Source: Mobula hypostoma
Taxonomy: Eukaryota
NCBI RefSeq assembly: GCF_963921235.1
Contig: NC_086108.1
Location: 3,410,001 to 3,474,000 of the forward strand
Length of the DNA stretch: 64,000 nucleotides
Direction: 5' to 3'
In this document: piece after piece, positions 25,790 through 39,410 of the stretch
Numbering within the stretch: position 1 is the stretch's first letter
How the letters are laid out: every line of letters begins with the position of its first letter
Notes under the pieces: generated by a model
Databases searched by the model: none
The model's input: the letters and a program-made list of their open reading frames with translations, nothing else
What the model was told of the DNA's origin: nothing
Program-made: the position numbers and the translations under genes

Positions 25790-27620
25790 TATAGAACATA
25801 GAAATCTACAGCGCATTACAGACCCTTCAGCCCACAATGTTGTGCCGACCATGTAACCTACTCTAGAAGCTGCCTAGAATTTCTCTACCGCATAGCCCTC
25901 TATTTTTCTAAGCTCCATGTACCTCTCTAAGAGTCTCTTAAAAGACCCTAATTGCATCTGCTTCCAACACCAACGCTGGCAGCCCATTCCACACACCCGC
26001 CACTCTGTGTGTGGAAAAACTTACCCCCGACATCCCCTCAGTACCTATTTCGAAGCCCCCTCTAAAACTATGCCCCCTCATGTTAGCCATTTCAACCCTA
26101 GGAAAAAGCCTCTGACTTTCCACATGATCAATGCCTCTCATCATCTTATACACCTCTATCGAATCACCTCTCATCCTCCATTGCTCCAAGGAGAAAAGGC
26201 CAAGTTCACTCAACCAAGGTACACCCTACAATCCAGGCAACATCCTCGTAAATCTCCTCTGCACTCTCTCTATAGTATCCACATCCTTCCTGTAGTGAGA
26301 TGACCAGAACTGAACACAGTACTCCAAGTGGGGTCTGACTAAGGTCTTATATAGCTGTAACTTTACCTCACGACTCTTGAATTCAATCCCACGGTTGTTG
26401 AATGCCAACACATCATACTACTTCTTAACAACACTGTCAACCTGTGCAGCAGCCTTGAGTGTCCTATAGACACAGACCCCAAGATCTCTAAGATCCTCCA
26501 CACTACCAAGAGTTTTGCCTTTAATACTATATTCTGTCATCAAATTGGACCTATGAAAATGAACCATTTCACACTTATCTGGGTTGAAATGCATCTGCCT
26601 GCCATGGTCCTGTCCGTGAACTCCGCATTCCGGTTCATGGTCCGGTCCACCGATCCTTATTCCAGGTTTTCCGGTTTTCCCCTGTTCGGTTGAGACACCT
26701 GATTCTCGTTTCGGGCTGGACATAGATACCTCTGCAAACCAGGAATTGGTTGCTGGACTGTTTTCTCTCTCTCTCGCTCCCTCTCCCCTCCCATCTGAAT
26801 CCCCGTCTGAAACCTCGCCTGCGACCTTCGTCTGCAACTTCGTCAGTACCCCCATCAAGTTCAACTGCTGGAGTGAGACCAGAGCCTTGCCACGTCAAGA
26901 TAAGGAACTATCTACCGTTGGGTTTGGAACTATCTCTTTGCGTCCCCGTGTTTAGTGTCCGTGTCAAAGAAGAGTCACGGCCCTATGTCCTGTTCCCAAG
27001 GAGGGGTCCTGGTTCTGTGTTCCGTGCTCCTGTGCCCAAGTCCGGGCGCCAAGTTCCAGCCCTGTCCAAGTCTGAGTTTCATGTCCTCATTCAGTTCTGG
27101 TGCCTCTTCCAGTCCATGGTCCTCACCCAGCCCAGTGCTGGAGATTCCTCATCCTGTGCTGGAGTACCTCGTCCTGTGCTGGGGTACCTCGTCCTGTGCT
27201 GGAGTACCTCGTCCTGACCTGTAGCCACGTCCTGTCCTTGCCAAGATCCTAGTCCCGAGTCCCAGCCTAAACCTGGGTTCCGGTTCCGAGTCAAGACCCG
27301 GGTTCCAGGTCCTTGTCCAGGGTCTGGTTCTGGGGTTCCAAGTTCCTAGTCCATGGTTCTCGTTCCTAGTTCCACATCTGGGTCCCGTGCTTCTAGCCCA
27401 AGTCCTTGCCCAGGCCCTGAATCCTAGTCTCGTCCAGGGCCTGCGTCAATGTCCAGCGTCATTTCTTCCTGACTCACCTTGCTATCTCGATAATCCTAGT
27501 CCTGTTCCTAGAACTTCGGTGTCTGTGTCTTGCATTTGGGTCCGCCATCAACACGCGCCCCCCCCCCCCATAACACTGCCACTTCTCAGCTCAGTTCTGC
27601 ATCCTATCGATGTCCTGCTG
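25790..27620 (-). mobile_element. CR1 3' fragment interrupted by a solo LTR
   Basis: LVRPHLEYCVQFWSSHYRKD. CR1 text resumes at 27576. Confidence 0.85.
26600..27575 (+). mobile_element. Solo LTR (~976 bp) with internal short tandem repeats
   Basis: TG...CA termini; 5-bp TSD CTGCC at 26595-26599 and 27576-27580. Confidence 0.85.
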
Positions 27621-27887
27621 TAACCACTGCAGTTGTTACCGACTTCATTAAAACCTGTGTGGATGAGTGTGTGCCCAAAGACTTACTGTACATTCCCAAA
27701 CCAAAAGCCGTGGATGAACCAGGAGGTACGTCGTCTGCTGAAGACCAGATCTGTGGCATTCAAGTCTGGCGACCCAGGCCTGTACCAGAAAACCAGGTAT
27801 GATTTGTGGAGGGCTATTTCAAGGGTGGACCCGGCTGGTGGTGCAGTGGCATCAGCGTTGGACTTTGGGATGAAAGGTCCCTGGTTA

Positions 27888-30800
27888 ATTCAGCCTTGTT
27901 CTTTTCCACGGGCGCCTCTGTCATCATTAATCGGTTTTAAGTCTCTACCATCTGTGTGGTATTAGAAGCAACATTTCGCTTCACCTCCGACATATTGTTT
28001 TCCAAGGCAGCGACAGAGCTGGCCATCTTACCCAGGTGGTCATCTATACTCGCAAACACGAGGAATTACACAGATGCTGGAAATTCAAGCAACACACATC
28101 AAAGTTGCTGGTGAACGCAGCAGGCCAGGCAGCATCTCTAGGAAGAGGTACAGTCGAGGTCTCAGCAACAACCTGGCACTCAACTTCAGTATGACAAAAT
28201 AGCTGATTGTGGACTTCAGGAAGGGTAAGATGAAGGAACACATACCAATCCTCATAGAGGGATCGGAAGTGGAGAGAGTGAGCAGTTTCAAGTTCCTGGG
28301 TGTCAAGATCTCTGAGGATCCAAACTGGTCCCAACATATCGATGTAGTTATAAAGAATACAAGACAGCGGCTATACTTTATTAGGACTTTGAAGAGATTT
28401 GGCATGTCAACTAATACACTCGAAAACTTCAATAGTTGTACCATGGAGAGCATTCTGACAGGCTGCATCATTGTCTGGAATGGGGTGGGCTACTGCACAG
28501 GACCGAAAGAAGCTGCAGAAGGTTGTAAAACTAGTCAGCTCCATCTTGGGCACTAACCTACAAAGTACCCAGGACATCTTTAGGGAGCGGTGTCTCAGAA
28601 AGGCAACATTCAGCACCCAGGGCATGTCCTTTTCTCACCATTGCCATCAACTAGGAGGTACAGAAGCCTGAAGCCACACACTCAGCGATTCAGGAACAGC
28701 TTCTTCCCCTCTGCCATCCGATTCCTAAATGGACATTGAACCCTTGGACACTACCTCACTTTTTTTTAATATACAGCATTTCTGTGTTTTGCATGTTTTA
28801 AAATCTATTCAATATACGTACATTGTAATTTATTTATTTATGATTTTATTTACTATTATTTTAGTTTTTAAAATCTACATTATGTATTGCATTGAACTGC
28901 TGCTACATGCTGGTGATAATGAACCTGATTCTGATTCTTGAACAAGAGAACAACATTTGCAACCCCTCAATCCTCCGGTATTCCCTATTGATGATGCAAA
29001 GATCATCGCAAGAGGCTCAGCCATCTCCTCCCTCACTTCCCACAGTAACCTAGGGTATATCTCGTCTGCTCCCAGCGACTTATCTAACTTAATGCTTTTC
29101 TAGCTTATCCGACTTAATATTTGTACATTGATAATAAAGTTTTATTTGCACCTTGTACGTAACGTCTCCCCATGACTGTATGTGTTTCCTTTGGGTGCCC
29201 TGGTTTCCTTTGGGTGCTCTGGTTTCCTTCCACAAGGTTGTGTGGGTTAGTAGGACTAGAATATAAAAGCAAACATGTACTGTTGAGGCTTTATAAAGCA
29301 CTGGTGAGGCCTCACTTGGAGTATTGTGAGCAGTTTTGGTCACCTTACCTAAGAAAGGATGTGTTGACATTGGAGAGGTTTGAAAGGAGGTTCGTGAAGA
29401 TGATTCCAGGATTGAAAGGCTTGTCACATGAGGAGTGTTTGATGCTCCGGGGCTCTACTCACTGGAATTCAGAAGAATGAGGGGGAATCTCATTGAAATC
29501 TATTGAATGTTGAAAGATCTTGATAGACAGGACATGGAGAGGATGTTTCCGATGGTTGGTGAGCCTAAGACTAGAGCACGGAGCCTCAGTATGGAGGGGC
29601 ATCCTTTTGGAACAGAGATTAGGACAGCTGAGGAGGCCAAGTCGTTGGGACTATTTAAGGCAGAGGCTGATAGATTCTTTATTAGTCAGGGCATGAAGGG
29701 ATACGGAGGGGGTGGGGGGAAGGCAGGAGATTGGGGCTGAGAGGGGAAATGGATCAGACATGATGAAATGGCGGAGCAGACTTAATGGACCAAATTCTGC
29801 TCCTGTATCTTATGCTTCTATGGTGTGTTAATTGATTCCATGGGTGTAATTGGGCACTGCAGGCTCGTGGGCCAATAAGACCTGTGATTGTGCTGAATCT
29901 CTTTTTTACAATAAGAAACTCTATGCCATCACAGGGAGATTTTGCTAGTACCGAACCCTGGAAAAGTCTCAAAGTTGAATGGTGGTATATGGTGACATTT
30001 ATATATGTACTTTGATAATAAATTTACTTTGAACTTTGAAATTTGGAGGAGGTGGCAGAGGCAGGGAGTGGGAAGGGAGAATTTGCAAACACTTGCATAA
30101 CTAAATCAGGAGCTGATGTGGCTGATCAAGCTGAGGGGCACCAGGGAAAATGTAGAACACGCAACAGTAGATGCATAGGCCCTTTAGCTCACGATATCTC
30201 TGCAAAGCACATGCAAATTTAAAACAAATCTCTTCTGTCTACATATGATTCATATCTCCCAATATATTTGCTGTCTGCATGTGTGAGTGGGTGACTGGTA
30301 GGGATGGAAAAGGAGCTTATTTTCTTGTTGTTTTGTTGTAGCTGCTGAACATTGTGGGTGCCAGAATTTTATTTATTTATAAAACTCTGGCTAGGCGACA
30401 TCTGGAATATTGCATATAGCTCTGGTCACCCCATTATAGGAAGGATGTTGAGACTTTGCTGAGGGTCCAGCTTTGCTGAATATTTTTTGATTTGTTTTTT
30501 AGCTGGGTCAGCACGACATTGCGGGCCGAATGGACTCTTCTGTTTATTTATTGAGATTCAGCGTGGAATTGGCCATTCCGCCCCTTTGAGCCTCGCCGCC
30601 CAGCAATCCCATGACATAATCTGAGCCTAATCACAGGACAATTTACAACGACCAATTTACCTACCAACCAGTCCATCCTTGGACTGTGGGGAAGGCCGCT
30701 CCGGCAGTTTTTGAAGGGATTTTGGGAACCGGGCTCCGTCGCGATCATAGGGAGTTTTGGGGAAATGGCGCTCCGAGGAGTTGCTAGGATGTTGGGGAAC

Positions 30801-31190
30801 ACGGTCTGGTGAGTTCAAATGGAGGTTGCAGGACAGAACTCTGGCGAGTTCGATGGGAGTTTGGGAAATGGAGCTCTGGAGAATTTGAAGGGAGTTTGGG
30901 GAACGGAGCTCTGGAGAAATTGAAGGGAGTTTGGGGAACGGAGCTCTGGGGAATTTGAAGGGAGTTTGGGGAACGGAGTTCTGGGGAATTTGAAGGGAGT
31001 TTGGGGAACGGAGCTCTGGGGAATTTGAAGGGAGTTTGGGGAATGGAGCTCTGGAGAATTTGAAGGGAATTTGGGGAACGGAGCTCTGGAGAGTTTGAAG
31101 GAAGTTTGTGAAAGGGAGCTCTGGAGAATTTGAAGGGAGTTTGGGAAATGGAGCTCTGGCAAGTTTGAAGGGAGTTTGGGAAACGGAGCT
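27888..31190. repeat. Local tandem duplication, copy A
   Basis: Same order of L1-ORF1 piece, Rex1, CR1 pieces, unique spacer and 35-bp minisatellite as copy B (33815-41740). Confidence 0.8.
28163..28937 (+). mobile_element. Rex1/Babar-type LINE 3' fragment (duplicate A)
   Basis: DFRKGKMKEHIPILIEGSEVERVSSFKFLG; (CTGATT)n tail. Confidence 0.85.
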
Positions 31191-31192
31191 CT
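30860..31192. repeat. 35-bp minisatellite GAAGGGAGTTTGGGGAACGGAGCTCTGGAGAATTT, array A
   Basis: About nine tandem units; abuts the truncated L1 at ~31193. Confidence 0.9.
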
Positions 31193-34100
31193 GTCAGGGT
31201 CTGGAATTGAAACTGATCAAGAAATGTGTCCCATTCTTCTGAGGCTTGGGGGCATTCTGATCTAGATAAATGTTCATAAAATTCTCTAAAACTGTTATTA
31301 ATTTCCAATGGGTCTACCGTTAGCCTTCCTGAAGAGGTCATCATACTGTTAATTGCTCTATCAGATTGTATTTTTTTTAATTCTCCATGCCAAGAGTTTC
31401 CCAGCTTTTTCTCCTTGATCGTAATAAGATTGCTTCAGCCACATTAAACTTTTTGTAGCTTTATCAGCAGATAATTTATTATATTTGGCTCTCAAAAGTA
31501 GCAGATCTCTTTGTTTTGTTGGATCTCTAAAGATTTAATTTGTTTTTCCAAAGTTTCCATCTCTTTTTTTTTGTTGTTTGGACTTTGAGCTTGTATAACT
31601 AACTATTTATCCTCTATTATACGCCTTGAATGCCTCCCATCTTGTGCTGGCACTAGTTTGATCTGTATTAAACTCAAAATAACTATCTATTTTAGTTCCC
31701 ACAAATTTAACAAAGTCTGGGCTTTGTAGCCATCTCACCTGAAATCGCCAGTTAGGGGGACTGTGAATAAATTTCTCTACATGAATACTTAATGAAATAG
31801 CAGCATGGTCGCTTATTACTATGCTATCATACCAGCAACTTTAAATCTTTGATACGAGTTCTCTTGAGATAAGAACATAATCAATACGAGGATGAGATTT
31901 ACATGTACTTGAATGACAAGAGTATTCTATTTTGCCAGGGTTTTGTTCTCTCCATACTTCAACCAAATTTATATCCACAATGTATTGTTTTAGTAATTTT
32001 CTAGTTTGTGCCTTATAGGTATCACAGCCTGTAGAGCGATCCATTGCTGGGTTTAAAGTGCAATTAAAGTCTCCTCCAATGATATGAAAGCCTCGTAAGG
32101 TGGACAAAGTAAGGAAGAAATCCTCAAAAAATTTAGGATTGTCCTCATTTGGGCCACATATACTGACTAGGTTTAATGTGAAAGAGAGGATATTACCTTG
32201 AACAATAACACACCTTCCGGCTGAGTTGTTTTCATAATTTGAAATGGTATCGTTCTATGAATAAGGATAAGTACGCCTCGACCACAGTTGTTGTATGTTG
32301 CATATATTACTTGGCCAGGCCACCTATTCCATACCAATTTAATATCTGAAACTGTCAGACGGGTTTCCTGAAGAAAAATTATTTTGGACTTAAACTGTTT
32401 GATCCTATTTATAACCCATTTCAATTTGGTTAACTTCTTTAGTCCCCTAACATTCCAGCTCATGACTTTTATATTAAAGATATTCAGAGTGCTTGTCTGT
32501 TCCATATATAGTACATGTTAATTATACCAGAAAAAGGAGTAAGAAATATTACTGCTCTGTTGGGTGCATGGCATACATATAGAAAAACAAAAAACACATA
32601 TACATTTACACATACAACACAACGAAGGGTCTCGGCCTGAAACGTCGACTGTACCTCTTCCTAGAGATGCTGCCTGGCCTGCTGCGTTCACCAGCAACTT
32701 TGATGTGTGTTGTTACATTTACACATATAGACATTTGAACTCTTGAATCCCCCCTCCCTTACTCAAAACAAAGAACTATAGAGCTTGTGCTGATCCACTG
32801 TACGGAGGAGCAGTTAAACTATGCCAAACTAACTCCATAGGCAACTAGTGGTGTCCATCAACCATGCACCTTATTATATCTGGAACATTATATACTCAAC
32901 CCACTTAACATAAAAATAAAATCAAAGTAGCCACTGAACTGTATGCCAGTACTGCCTATTATAAATGTCCATTCAGGTCCATGGAGTCCCATCTCAATAG
33001 AATTAAGGTTTCAACAAATAAAAATGTTGTAAATAATAAAAATAGGCAAAATGATAAAGCTATTCTGGCAGTATAAACAACCTCTTAAATACAGCATCTT
33101 TTCAAGAATGGAATAAAAGGGGCTAAAGTAGCAGTTCTAGTAAAAGAAAAATAAAGGAAGAGAAAAAAGTTGTCTTCTGGGACTCATTGTAGGCTCACAC
33201 CTGTTAAGCAGTCAGTATCAGCCAATTCTCATGGGTATGGAAGTGAACAAATCTCACCACTGCCTTAATCAGACCCCTCCGGCCTCAGGCGTGTCCTCGA
33301 TGGAAATCTTCCGCCTCTTTTGGTGATGAAAGCAGGTGTATTTTCCCATTGTGGAGGACTCTCATCTTGCATTGATTATGTTGAAATCCGCGGAAAGTTC
33401 CTTTTTCGACGAACACTCTTCTGGCCGTGTTAAACTCGTTTCGCTGTGGCATGGTCTCAGCTGAGAGGTCCTGAGTGAAGAAAAGCTTGTTTCCCTTATA
33501 CGTGATATTACGCTGTTTAGTTGAGCGGTAAACAAACTCCCAATCTTGAAATCTCAGAAACTGAATGAGAACCGCTCTGTTCTGCTTTGGTTTCGATGGT
33601 GCTAGAGTTCGGTGAACTCTTTCTAGGACGAAGGATCTGTCGGTGTCCAGCTCCAGCCAGCGCGGCAGCACATTTTGTATGAACTCCAGCAGTGGATGGT
33701 TTCCCCCAGCGCCCTCCCAGAGGCCAAGCAACTGCAAGTTTTTCCTTTCACTCCGATTCTCCAGGTCTTCAGTCTTGGATTCCAGGTGGGTGATACGTTT
33801 CATGGCATCGGTTAGTTCAGCCTTGTTCTTTTCCACGTGCTCCTCTGTCGTCATTAATCGGTTTTAAGTCTCTACCATCTGTGTGGTATTAGAAGCAACA
33901 TTTCGCTTCACCTCCGACATATTGTTTTCCAAGGCAGCGACAGAGCTGGCCATCTTACCCAGGCAGTAATCTATACTGTCCAGTTTGGATCCAAACGCAG
34001 AGCGAAGTAACTTTAATTCAGCTAGCACCGCCGTTAGCTCCACCATGTTGCTGGAAACTTCCTCGTCTTGCTTCATCGACAGAGTGTTGATATTCGATTT

Positions 34101-34262
34101 TTTGGAGCCGCATTTTTGGGTGAAGATATCACAGTCCTTGATTGTAGTCATTTTTGACATAGCCCGAGTTCAGTTGGTATTGTTAACTTAGGGTTTTAAA
34201 GTTGTTTAGTGCAAGGTTGTACGGAGCCTCCATGTTAAGCTGCCATCTTGGTTCATGGCTCC
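31193..34262 (-). mobile_element. Decayed L1 LINE 5' half: 5'UTR, ORF1 (34160-33285), ORF2 APE endonuclease
   Basis: ORF1 LERVHRTL...FTQDLS; ORF2 SWNVRGL...FLQET, GGDFN, RIDY. Starts with CAAGATGGC. Confidence 0.9.
32615..32713 (+). mobile_element. Penelope-like terminal mini-insertion
   Basis: 14-bp TSD tacatttacacata (32601-32614, 32714-32727); short inverted arm caacaca. Confidence 0.8.
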
Positions 34263-34279
34263 ATAGCCTACCATCTATC

Positions 34280-35196
34280 AAGTTGCTGATGATACAACCA
34301 TTGTGGGTAGAATCTCAGATGGTGACGAGAGGGCGTACAGGAGTGAGATATGCCAACTAGTGGAGTGGTACCACAGCAACAACCTGGCACTCAACATCAG
34401 TATGACAAAAGAGCTGATTGCGGATTTCAGGAGGGGTAAGATGAAGGAACACATACCAATCCTCATAGAGGGATCAGAAGTGGAGAGAGTGAGCAGTTTC
34501 AAGTTCCTGGGTGTCGAGATCTCTGAGGATCCAAACTGGTCCCAACATATCGATGTAGTTATAAAGAATACAAGACAGCGGCTATACTTTATTAGGACTT
34601 TGAAGAGATTTGGCATGTCAACTAATACACTCTAATCTTCTATAGTTGTACTGTGGAGAGCATTCTGACAGGCTGCATCGCTGTCTGGTATGGAGGGGCT
34701 ACTGCACAGGACCGAAAGAAGCTGCAGAAGGTTGTAAATCTCGTCAGCTCCATCTTGGGTACTAGCCTACAAAGTACCCAGGACATCTTTAGGAATCGGT
34801 ATCTCAGAAAGGCAGCGTCCATTATTGAGGGCATCCAGCACCCAGGTCATGCCCTCTTCTCATTGTTACCATCAGGGAGGAGGTACAGGAGCCTGAAGGC
34901 ACACACTCAGCGATTCAGGAACAGCTTCTTCCCCTCTGACATCCGATTCCTAAATGGACATTGAACCCTTGGACACTACCTCACTTTTTTAAATATATAA
35001 TAGCATTTCTGTTTTTTGCATGTTTTTTAAATCTATTCGATATATGTATACTGTAATTTATTTATTTATTTATTTATTGTTTTACTTATTATTATTTTGG
35101 TTTTTTAAATCTATATTATGTATTGCATTGAACTGCCGCTGTTAAGTTAGCAATTTTCACATCACATGCTGGTGATAATAAACCTGATTCTGATTC
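34280..35196 (+). mobile_element. Rex1/Babar-type LINE 3' fragment (duplicate B)
   Basis: ADDTTIVG, HPGHALFSLLPSGRRYRSLKAHTQRFRNSFFP. Confidence 0.9.
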
Positions 35197-35204
35197 TTTT
35201 TTTT

Positions 35205-35872
35205 TAGATTATGAGGACACTCAGTCCTCGTTTATTGTCATTTAGAAATGCATGCATTAAGAAATGATACAATGTTCCTCCAGAGTGATATCACCAAAAA
35301 AAACAGGACAAACCAAAGACTAACTCTGACAAGACCGCATAATTATAACATACAGTTATGGCAGTGCAAAGCAATACCATAATTTGATAAAGAGCAGACC
35401 ATGGGCACGGTAAAGAAAAAGACTCAAAGTTCCGATCAACTCCCAATAGTCCCGATAGCAGTCGGCAAAAGGGAAAAACTCTCCCTGCCATAAACCTCCA
35501 GGCACCGACAACCGCCGATGCATTGGAAGCACCCAACCACAGCCGACTCTGAGTCCGTCCAAAAACTTTGAGCCTCCGACAAGCCCCTCCGATACAGCCT
35601 CCTGAGCACCGTCCTCTGCCGAGCGCTTCAACCCCACCCCGGCCGCCGAGCAACAAGCCAAGCCGAGGACTCGGGGCCTTCCCCTCCGGAGATTCTCGAT
35701 CGCACAGTAGCAGCAGCAGCGAAGCAGGCATTTCAGAAGTTTTTCCAGATGTTCCTCCGTGCTCTCATGTCTGTCTCCATCAAATCAGGATTGTGCACAG
35801 CACCCTACTTGACAGATAACAGACATCATTCACCGGAGTGGCGGCTGCACACTGCGTCACGCCACCATCTTC
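35205..35872 (-). mobile_element. ~670-bp non-autonomous retroelement, copy 2
   Basis: Collinear with 5249-5935; absent from duplicate copy A. Confidence 0.7.
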
Positions 35873-37557
35873 CCCTCCTCCTCTTTGAACAAGAGAACAA
35901 CATTTGCAACCCCTCAATCCTCCGGTATTCCCTATTGATGATGCAAAGATCATCGCAAGAGGCTCAGCCATCTCCTCCCTCACTTCCCACGGTAACCTAG
36001 GGTATATCTCGTCTGCTCCCAGCGACTTATCTAACTTAATGCTTTTCTAGCTTATCCGACTTAATATTTGTACATTGATAATAAAGTTTTATTTGCACCT
36101 TGTACGTAACGTCTCCCCATGACTGTATGTGTTTCCTTTGGGTGCCCTGGTTTCCTTTGGGTGCTCTGGTTTCCTTCCACAAGGTTGTGTGGGTTAGTAG
36201 GACTAGAATATAAAAGCAAACATGTACTGTTGAGGCTTTATAAAGCACTGGTGAGGCCTCACTTGGAGTATTGTGAGCAGTTTTGGTCACCTTACCTAAG
36301 AAAGGATGTGTTGACATTGGAGAGGTTTGAAAGGAGGTTCGTGAAGATGATTCCAGGATTGGAAGGCTTGTCACATGAGGAGTGTTTGATGCTCCGGGGC
36401 TCTACTCACTGGAATTCAGAAGAATGAGGGGGAATCTCATTGAAATCTATTGAATGTTGAAAGATCTTGATAGACAGGACATGGAGAGGATGTTTCCGAT
36501 GGTTGGTGAGCCTAAGACTAGAGCACGCAGCCTCAGTATGGAGGGGCATCCTTTTGGAACAGAGATTAGGACAGCTGAGGAGGCCAAGTCATTGGGACTA
36601 TTTAAGGCAGAGGCTGATAGATTCTTTATTAGTCAGGGCATGAAGGGATACGGAGGGGGTGGGGGGAAGGCAGGAGATTGGGGCTGAGAGGGGAAATGGA
36701 TCAGACATGATGAAATGGCGGAGCAGACTTAATGGACCAAATTCTGCTCCTGTATCTTATGCTTCTATGGTGTGTTAATTGATTCCATGGGTGTAATTGG
36801 GCACTGCAGGCTCGTGGGCCAATAAGACCTGTGATTGTGCTGAATCTCTTTTTTACAATAAGAAACTCTATGCCATCACAGGGAGATTTTGCTAGTACCG
36901 AACCCTGGAAAAGTCTCAAAGTTGAATGGTGGTATATGGTGACATTTATATATGTACTTTGATAATAAATTTACTTTGAACTTTGAAATTTGGAGGAGGT
37001 GGCAGAGGCAGGGAGTGGGAAGGGAGAATTTGCAAACACTTGCATAACTAAATCAGGAGCTGATGTGGCTGATCAAGCTGAGGGGCACCAGGGAAAATGT
37101 AGAACACGCAACAGTAGATGCATAGGCCCTTTAGCTCACGATGTCTCTGCAAAGCACATGCAAATTTAAAACAAATCTCTTCTGTCTACATATGATTCAT
37201 ATCTCCCAATATATTTGCTGTCTGCATGTGTGAGTGGGTGACTGGGAGGGATGGCAAAGGGGCTTATCTTGCTGTTGTTTTGTTGTAGCTGCTGAACATT
37301 GTGGGTGCCAGAATTTTATTTATTTATAAAACTCTGGCTAGGCGACATCTGGAATATTGCATATAGCTCTGGTCACCCCACTATAGGAAGGATGTTGAGG
37401 CTTTGAAGAGGGTGCAGAAGAGGTTTACCAGGATGCTGTCTGGTTTAGAGGGCATGTGCTATCATGAGAGGCTGGATAAACTTGGGTTGTTTTCTCTGGA
37501 GTGTCGGAGGCTGAGGGGAGATCTGATCGAGGTTTATAAGATTATGAGAGGCAGAGA

Positions 37558-39410
37558 TTGTCACAACCACGGATTCGGCAGCACAGCAGGTATGTCTTCT
37601 CACGCTCTTAAACTTTTCGATGATTTTAAGTTCCCTGGCCCCCACCGCTTTATTTTCACCATGGATGTCCAGTCCCTATATACTTCCATCCCCCATCAGG
37701 AAGGTCTCAAAGCTCTACACTTCTTTTTGGATTCCAGACCTAATCAGTTCCCCTCTACCACCACTCTGCTCCGTCTAGCGGAATTAGTCCTTACTCTTAA
37801 TAATTTCTCCTTTTGCTCCTCCCATTTCCTCCAAACTAAAGGTGTAGCTATGGGCACCCGTATGGGTCCTAGCTATGCCTGCCTTTTTGTTGGGTTTGTG
37901 GAATAATCTATGTTCCGTGCCTATTCTGGTATCTGTCCCCCACTTTTCCTTCGCTATATCGACGACTGCATTGGCGCTGCTTCCTGCACGCATGCAGAAC
38001 TCGTTGACTTTATTAACTTTGCCTCCAACTTTCACCCTGCCCTCAAGTTTACCTGGTTTATTTCCGACACCTCCCTCCCCTTTCTAGATCTTTCTGCCTC
38101 TGTCTCCGGAGACAGCTTATCCACTGATGTCTACTATAAGCCTACTGACTCTCACAGCTATCTGGACTATTCCTCTTCTCACCCTGTCTCTTGCAAAAAC
38201 GCCATCCCCTTCTCGCAATTCCTCCGTCTCCGCCACATCTGCTCTCAGGATGAGGCTTTTCATTCTAGGACGAGGGAGATGTCTTCATTTTTTAAAGAAA
38301 GGGGCTTCCCTTCCTCCACTATCAACTCTGCTCTTAAACGCATCTCCTCCATTTCACGTACATCTGCTCTCACTCCATCCTCCCACCACCCCACTAGGAA
38401 TAGGGTTCCCCTGGTCCTCACCTACCACCCCACCAGCCTCCGGGTCCAACATATTATTCTCCGTAACTTCCGCCACCTCCAACGGGATCCCACCACTAAG
38501 CACATCTTTCGCTCCCCCCTCTCTGCATTCCGCAGGGATCGCTCCCTACACAACTCCCTTGTCCATTCGTCCCCCCCATCCCACCCCACTTATAACCCTC
38601 CTGGCACTTATCCGTGTAAGCGGAACAAGTGCTACACATGCCCTTACACTTCCTCCCTTACCACCATTCAGGGCCCCAAACAGTCCTTCCAGGTGAGGCA
38701 TCACTTCACCTGTGAGTCGACTGGGGTGATATACTGCGTCCGGTGCTCCCGATGTGGCCTTTTATATATTGGTGAGACCCGACGCAGACTGGGAGATCGC
38801 TTTGCTGAACATCTACGCTCTGTCCGCCAGAGAAAGCAGGATCTCCCAGTGGCCACACATTTTAATTCCACATCCCATTCCCATTCTGACATGTCTATCC
38901 ACGGCCTCCTCGACTGTAAAGATGAAGCCACACTCAGGTTGGAGGAACAACACCTTATATTCCGTCTGGGTAGCCTCCAACCTGATGGCATGAACATTGA
39001 CTTCTCTAACTTCCGCTAGGCCCCACCTCCCCCTCATACCCCAGCTGTTACTCATTTTTATGCACACATTCTTTCTCTCACTCTCCTTTTTCTCCCTCTG
39101 TCCCTCTGAATATACCTCTTGCCCATCCTCTGGGTCACCCCCCCCCGTCTTTCTTCCTGGACCTCCTGTCCCATGATCCTCTCGTATCCCCTTTTGCCTA
39201 TCACCTGTCCAGCTCTCGGCTCTATCCCTCCCCCTCCTGTCTTCTCCTATCATTTTGCATCTCCCCCTCCCCCTCCAGCTTTCAAATCCCTTACTCACTC
39301 TTCCTTCAGTTAGTCCTGACGAAGGGTCTCGGCCTGAAACGTCGACTGCGCCTCTTCCTATAGATGCTGCTTGGCCTGCTGCGTTCACCAGCAACTTTGA
39401 TGTATGTTGT
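37558..39410 (+). mobile_element. Penelope-like element, 5'-truncated: RT + GIY-YIG endonuclease + 3' terminal repeat
   Basis: MDVQSLYTSIP, GVAMG, LRYIDD, LPFLD, then GVIYCVRCSRCGLLYIGET...RFAEH. One in-frame TAA at 37904-37906. Confidence 0.95.
39312..39347 (+). ncRNA. Minimal type I hammerhead ribozyme motif in Penelope 3' end
   Basis: AGTC-CTGACGA-AGGGTCTCGGCCT-GAAA-CGTC-GACT: core boxes, stem I AGTC/GACT, stem II, palindromic ACGT stem III. Confidence 0.7.

Noticed and set aside
27828..27895. tRNA-like sequence (also ~25178-25250)
   Set aside because: Degenerate SINE heads; no complete cloverleaf.
30784..31344. Repetitive ORFs over the 35-bp arrays (also 40826-42297), and the idea of a CRISPR array
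   Set aside because: Contiguous tandem units without unique spacers, in eukaryotic DNA; unit length is not a multiple of three.
37403..37906. Apparent novel fusion protein
   Set aside because: Chance in-frame junction of a CR1 fragment and a truncated Penelope element.
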